Made by a program: the position numbers and the translations under genes. Below, piece by piece: positions 63,640-64,000 of a stretch of 64,000 nt of DNA. The stretch comes from Carcharhinus longimanus (taxonomy: Eukaryota). The stretch is taken from positions 20,492,961 to 20,556,960 of the forward strand of contig JASCQW010000128.1 in NCBI GenBank assembly GCA_030264375.1. Direction: 5' to 3'. Position 1 is the first letter of the stretch; each line of letters starts with the position of its first letter. The notes under the pieces were generated by a model, which was not told the DNA's origin, did no database searches, and saw only the letters and a list, made by a program, of their open reading frames with translations.

Positions 63640-63676
63640 CACTTTTACAATCTTCTTCGGCCTCTTTGTAATTCTT
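63640..63676 (-). CDS. HELZ: HELZ-like coding exon (KNYKEAEEDCKS-V), first exon identified in window
   Basis: Acceptor tttctctacag, donor G|gtaagt, 37 nt, phase 0->1; resembles HELZ KNYVQADEDCRHV. Confidence 0.85.
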
Positions 63677-64000
63677 CTGTAGAGAAATACAGAAGTGTTT
63701 ACATTTATTCATTCATTCATTGAGGTGCCAAAATACTTAGAATAACTAATATTTAATACTCCTATTTTTCTTAGCAAAATCTATCACATAACATACAATT
63801 TAAAAAGAGTAAAAATTTAGATTGGTTGGTATTCACCTGACATATATTATGCACTACATTTAATTATTCATCTCTCATCTGCACCCCTATAAAGACCGAA
63901 AGAACGCCTAGATCTGTACCTCAAGCCGTGCCAATGATCTCTGATGAACGCAGCAAATATACATTTAAAATTAAAAATGTATTTGTCAATGCTTATTTTA

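Noticed and set aside
28068-63676. Assignment to HELZ2/PRIC285
   Set aside because: The N-terminal region and motifs follow HELZ; no RNB domain or other HELZ2-specific sequence seen in the window
63920-63960. Possible upstream HELZ-like exon end (..QRSLARLE|gtacag)
   Set aside because: Weak similarity and no convincing exon start; the start-codon exon probably lies outside the window

Overview
Vertebrate genomic DNA, most likely a cartilaginous fish judging by the repeat landscape (CR1/HER1-type LINEs, HE1-like tRNA SINEs, Penelope, Rex1/Babar, L1/Tx1, Gypsy LTRs), from a gapped draft assembly. The window holds 14 consecutive, phase-consistent coding exons (63676 down to 28068, minus strand) of a diverged HELZ-like gene. 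They encode the N-terminal helical region, a C-x8-C-x5-C-x3-H zinc finger and the first part of a UPF1-like SF1 helicase (Walker A GPSGTGKT). I could not find the Walker-B (DEAAQ) exon or later HELZ exons in the remaining 28 kb. Most notable observations: (1) an orphan, intact, in-frame SRGAP1-type F-BAR exon (36332-36460) inside a phase-0 GC-AG intron of the HELZ-like gene; (2) a poly(A)-tailed, apparently TSD-flanked retroposon built from U1 and U2 snRNA fragments (about 61340-61759); (3) Penelope-derived fold-back insertions carrying minimal hammerhead-ribozyme cores. Protein and RNA family assignments come from recalled sequences, not database searches. Repeat boundaries are approximate.
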